18,045 bases of DNA from Candidatus Fervidifonticultor sextus (GTDB taxonomy: Bacteria > Sysuimicrobiota > Sysuimicrobiia > Sysuimicrobiales > Humicultoraceae), in the NCBI GenBank assembly GCA_031459875.1, contig JAVKHQ010000046.1, positions 1 to 18,045 of the forward strand, written 5' to 3'. Below, in pieces: positions 15,627 through 18,045 of the stretch. The notes below the pieces were generated by a model. The model had not been told where the DNA came from. It saw only the letters and a list, made by a program, of their open reading frames with translations, and did not search any database. Within the stretch, counting starts at the first letter, position 1. Each line of letters starts with the position of its first letter. Both the position numbers and the translations under genes were made by a program.

Positions 15627-18045
15627 CTAGAACTTTCTGATCCTGAGCACGCGGCTCGTGCCCACGACGCCGTTGGCAGACGCCTGGGCCCAGAAGTAGG
15701 CCCGTCGGTAGGGGTGGCGGCTCATGTCGTAGACCAGCGTGGCCCGTCCGCCGACGACGGGCACGGTGGCCAGGAGCCGGTTGGCCTCGAAGAACTGCAC
15801 CGATGTGGCGTTGGTGTCAACCACCAGGGTAACGCTGCCGGATTCGATGGTTTCGTCGGCCGGGCTCCGGAGGAAGACCCGCGGGACAGCCGGCCGGGTC
15901 CCGGTGGGATCGTTGTCCACCCTAAGCGCGTTGTACTCGGTGTCCAGAACCGCGCCAGCGGGTGCGTTGGGGTCGTCACGCCGATACAACGTGAAGTCCG
16001 TGGCGCGCGGCAGGCCGCGTTGCTGGCGGATGCGGAACCAGCTGCCAGCCGGCGGCACGGCGGAGCCGTCGAAGAGGATCCCGCGGATGGCATTCCAGCT
16101 CAGACGGACGAACTGTGCTATGGAGCGCTGACCGGCGTCGACACTCTGCTCGTGCCGAAGGCCGACGGCAACACTCCGCACAACCCCCTCCTCGTAGACG
16201 ATTTCGACAGGGGTTCTGGCGGTGTGAGCCCCGATTTCGATGCCAATTGCATTGGTTCGATTGAGCCCATCGGCCAGAAAGTCGGTGACGCCCCACCCGC
16301 TTGCCCATTCGAGGAATTGGACTTGGTTCCCGATGGCTCGGATGTGGTGGCCCCAGTAGCTTGTCACATAGGCACCCCAGGCGATCCCGACGTCGTTGTT
16401 CCACGCCAGGAGATCGACAATGCGTTCTCTCGTGGGGCTGGTACTGTTTTGCCAGGAGTCGAACCCTCTGGCGCGGTTGGCGAACGCTTCAGCCCGGTAG
16501 ACGTGCGTTTGCTCCCGCCATCCCGCGCCGCCCGGAGCCCAGTGCATCCCGCTGGACAGACCACGGCCCCGGCCCCCGGTTGCCACCGCGCCCACGATGG
16601 CGCAGTTCAGCGACGACCACATCATGATCCCATGGTTGTTGTACGGCTCATCGGTGCCGTCCCATCCCCACGCGATGACCAGGGGGCGATCGATGTAGCA
16701 GTCGTCGCACGCACGGCCCTGCTCCTCTGTGGGACGCACTCCTTCCTCAATCATGATGGGAGTTACCGCTGCCACCACGCCGTTCGGACCGCGCGTCTTG
16801 AATCGCGCCTGATTGTAGACTACGAGATCGGTAACTTCGATCCCCCACGATTGGTGCAGGTGCAGCCCGTTGCCCACGCCGTCATAGAGTCGAGTGCGAC
16901 GGAGATAGCTCCCGCGGGAACCGTCCTCCTGGAGGTGGTTGTGCCAGGCGTAGCGCCCAAACGGCCTGAGCGAATCTCCGATAACGCCGATGTCGCGCGG
17001 GGTCGGGGAGAACGTGACCACGGCGAGATCCTCGACGTAATGCTTCGCTCGACCCAAGAACATGATGTGCGGCCGATGGTTCGGATCCCCGGCTTCAAAC
17101 GTGATGTTGCTCGTGAGGTTGGCGACCTTGCCGGCCAGGGTTTCGGTCCACCTGTCACCCCGCGTATCGGTCCAGGAGACCTGGATCACTGTGTGCGCGT
17201 AACGCAGGGGCGCATCCAGCCGGAAAGATCCTGGACCGAGGACTGCTGCGATGCGCCGGCGTTCGTCCTCTCGCGGGTATCCCCTCTCGCCCCCGGCAGG
17301 GGGGGTTGTCGGCGTCAGGACCACCAGATCGCCCACCTCCCACCCCTGGGCGTAGGTGGGATCCACACGGATTTCCGAACTGCCGGCCGCCGCCGTGGCG
17401 AGAAGCGGGCTCCAGGTATCCCGGTACCGGCCGTGCACCCAAACCTGGGCGTCGTCCACGGCCCACAGGCCCACGTCGGTCGGCAGCGGTTCCATCGTGT
17501 TCCCGCCCACGTAGCGCGATTCGTCCAGGAACCACCGGATGGAGGCGTTGACGACTACCCGGTCGGTCGGACGCCCGTAGTCCAGGATGCCCCGCTGTCT
17601 TACTACGAGGTTGCCGTAGAGGGTCAGTCTGGATGGTGTGGTCCGGCTGGCGCGTAGCGTCCCTTCGACCGTGACTGAGCGGGCCTCTGCCGTTTGGATA
17701 TCTAGCTCGATGGTCCGCCCGCTCGGAATGAGCACGTCGTCGCTGCGCGTGGGGATGCGTCCACCCGGCCATGCGGCGGGATCGCTCCAGCGATACGCCC
17801 CCGGAGGTGGGGGCGGGGTGGGTGAAGGACGAGGCGTCGGCGTGGGTGCCGGGGTTGGGGCGGGTGTGGGCCGCGGAGTTGGCGCGGGCGTGGGAGCCGG
17901 CGTCGGGGCCGGCGTGGGCCGCGGAGTTGGCGCGGGCGTGGGAGCCGGCGTCGGGGCGGGTGTGGGTGTCGGTTTGGGTGCAGGGGTCGGCGCGGGTGTT
18001 GGGGCGGGTGCGGGCGTCGGTTTGAACACGGTCTGGCCCACGGCC
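15627..18045 (-). CDS. 5'-truncated, probably exported protein: Pro/Thr/Ala linker + G8 domain + parallel beta-helix (CEMIP/TMEM2/PKHD1-like) + C-terminal Ig-like domain
   Basis: The frame is open past GTG 18041 to the window edge and stops at TAG 15627-15629. G8 start [30 protein letters not shown] at about 17790, followed by [41 protein letters not shown] and GRYAWHNH (16935-16958). The tail [10 protein letters not shown]...SVTL...VQFF is beta-sandwich-like (about 15630-15887). Confidence 0.8.
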   Translation of the reverse strand, partial: AVGQTVFKPTPAPAPTPAPTPAPKPTPTPAPTPAPTPAPTPRPTPAPTPAPTPAPTPRPTPAPTPAPTPTPRPSPTPPPPPGAYRWSDPAAWPGGRIPTRSDDVLIPSGRTIELDIQTAEARSVTVEGTLRASRTTPSRLTLYGNLVVRQRGILDYGRPTDRVVVNASIRWFLDESRYVGGNTMEPLPTDVGLWAVDDAQVWVHGRYRDTWSPLLATAAAGSSEIRVDPTYAQGWEVGDLVVLTPTTPPAGGERGYPREDERRRIAAVLGPGSFRLDAPLRYAHTVIQVSWTDTRGDRWTETLAGKVANLTSNITFEAGDPNHRPHIMFLGRAKHYVEDLAVVTFSPTPRDIGVIGDSLRPFGRYAWHNHLQEDGSRGSYLRRTRLYDGVGNGLHLHQSWGIEVTDLVVYNQARFKTRGPNGVVAAVTPIMIEEGVRPTEEQGRACDDCYIDRPLVIAWGWDGTDEPYNNHGIMMWSSLNCAIVGAVATGGRGRGLSSGMHWAPGGAGWREQTHVYRAEAFANRARGFDSWQNSTSPTRERIVDLLAWNNDVGIAWGAYVTSYWGHHIRAIGNQVQFLEWASGWGVTDFLADGLNRTNAIGIEIGAHTARTPVEIVYEEGVVRSVAVGLRHEQSVDAGQRSIAQFVRLSWNAIRGILFDGSAVPPAGSWFRIRQQRGLPRATDFTLYRRDDPNAPAGAVLDTEYNALRVDNDPTGTRPAVPRVFLRSPADETIESGSVTLVVDTNATSVQFFEANRLLATVPVVGGRATLVYDMSRHPYRRAYFWAQASANGVVGTSRVLRIRKF
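17802..18020 (-). repeat. Low-complexity (PTPA)n coding repeat containing a 48-nt tandem duplication
   Basis: About 73 aa of X-Pro dipeptides. The 44-nt block GTGGGCCGCGGAGTTGGCGCGGGCGTGGGAGCCGGCGTCGGGGC occurs identically at 17866-17909 and 17914-17957. Confidence 0.9.

Noticed and set aside
15615..17657. 680-aa + strand ORF after the terminator
   Set aside because: It is antisense to the G8 protein, which has coherent domain motifs. This ORF has none and starts just behind a terminator.
17802..18020. CRISPR-like or non-coding tandem array
   Set aside because: The repeats are in-frame, degenerate at third codon positions, and have no unique spacers, so this is a coding Pro-rich linker.

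Overview
High-GC bacterial window made almost entirely of the 3' part of one tightly packed, + strand Wzx/Wzy-type surface polysaccharide (EPS/capsule/O-antigen-like) operon, 1-15566, with 15 CDS. In order: a 5'-truncated polytopic membrane protein (putative Wzy), a Wzx flippase, CE4 polysaccharide deacetylase 1, a GT4 glycosyltransferase, CE4 deacetylases 2 and 3, a formyltransferase, a second GT4, a GNAT acyltransferase, an ATP-grasp ligase, a small phosphoglycosyl transferase, a SAM methyltransferase, a DegT-family sugar aminotransferase, a CapD/PglF-type 4,6-dehydratase and a YdcF/DUF218 protein. A hairpin terminator (about 15567-15610) separates the operon from a convergent, 5'-truncated - strand gene encoding a Pro/Thr/Ala linker, a G8 domain, a CEMIP/TMEM2/PKHD1-like beta-helix region and an Ig-like domain. 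The most notable points are the density of amine-unmasking and amine-acylating enzymes and the eukaryotic-hyaluronidase-like architecture next door. No RNA genes, CRISPR arrays or mobile elements were seen. All family calls come from motif recognition by eye, not from database searches.
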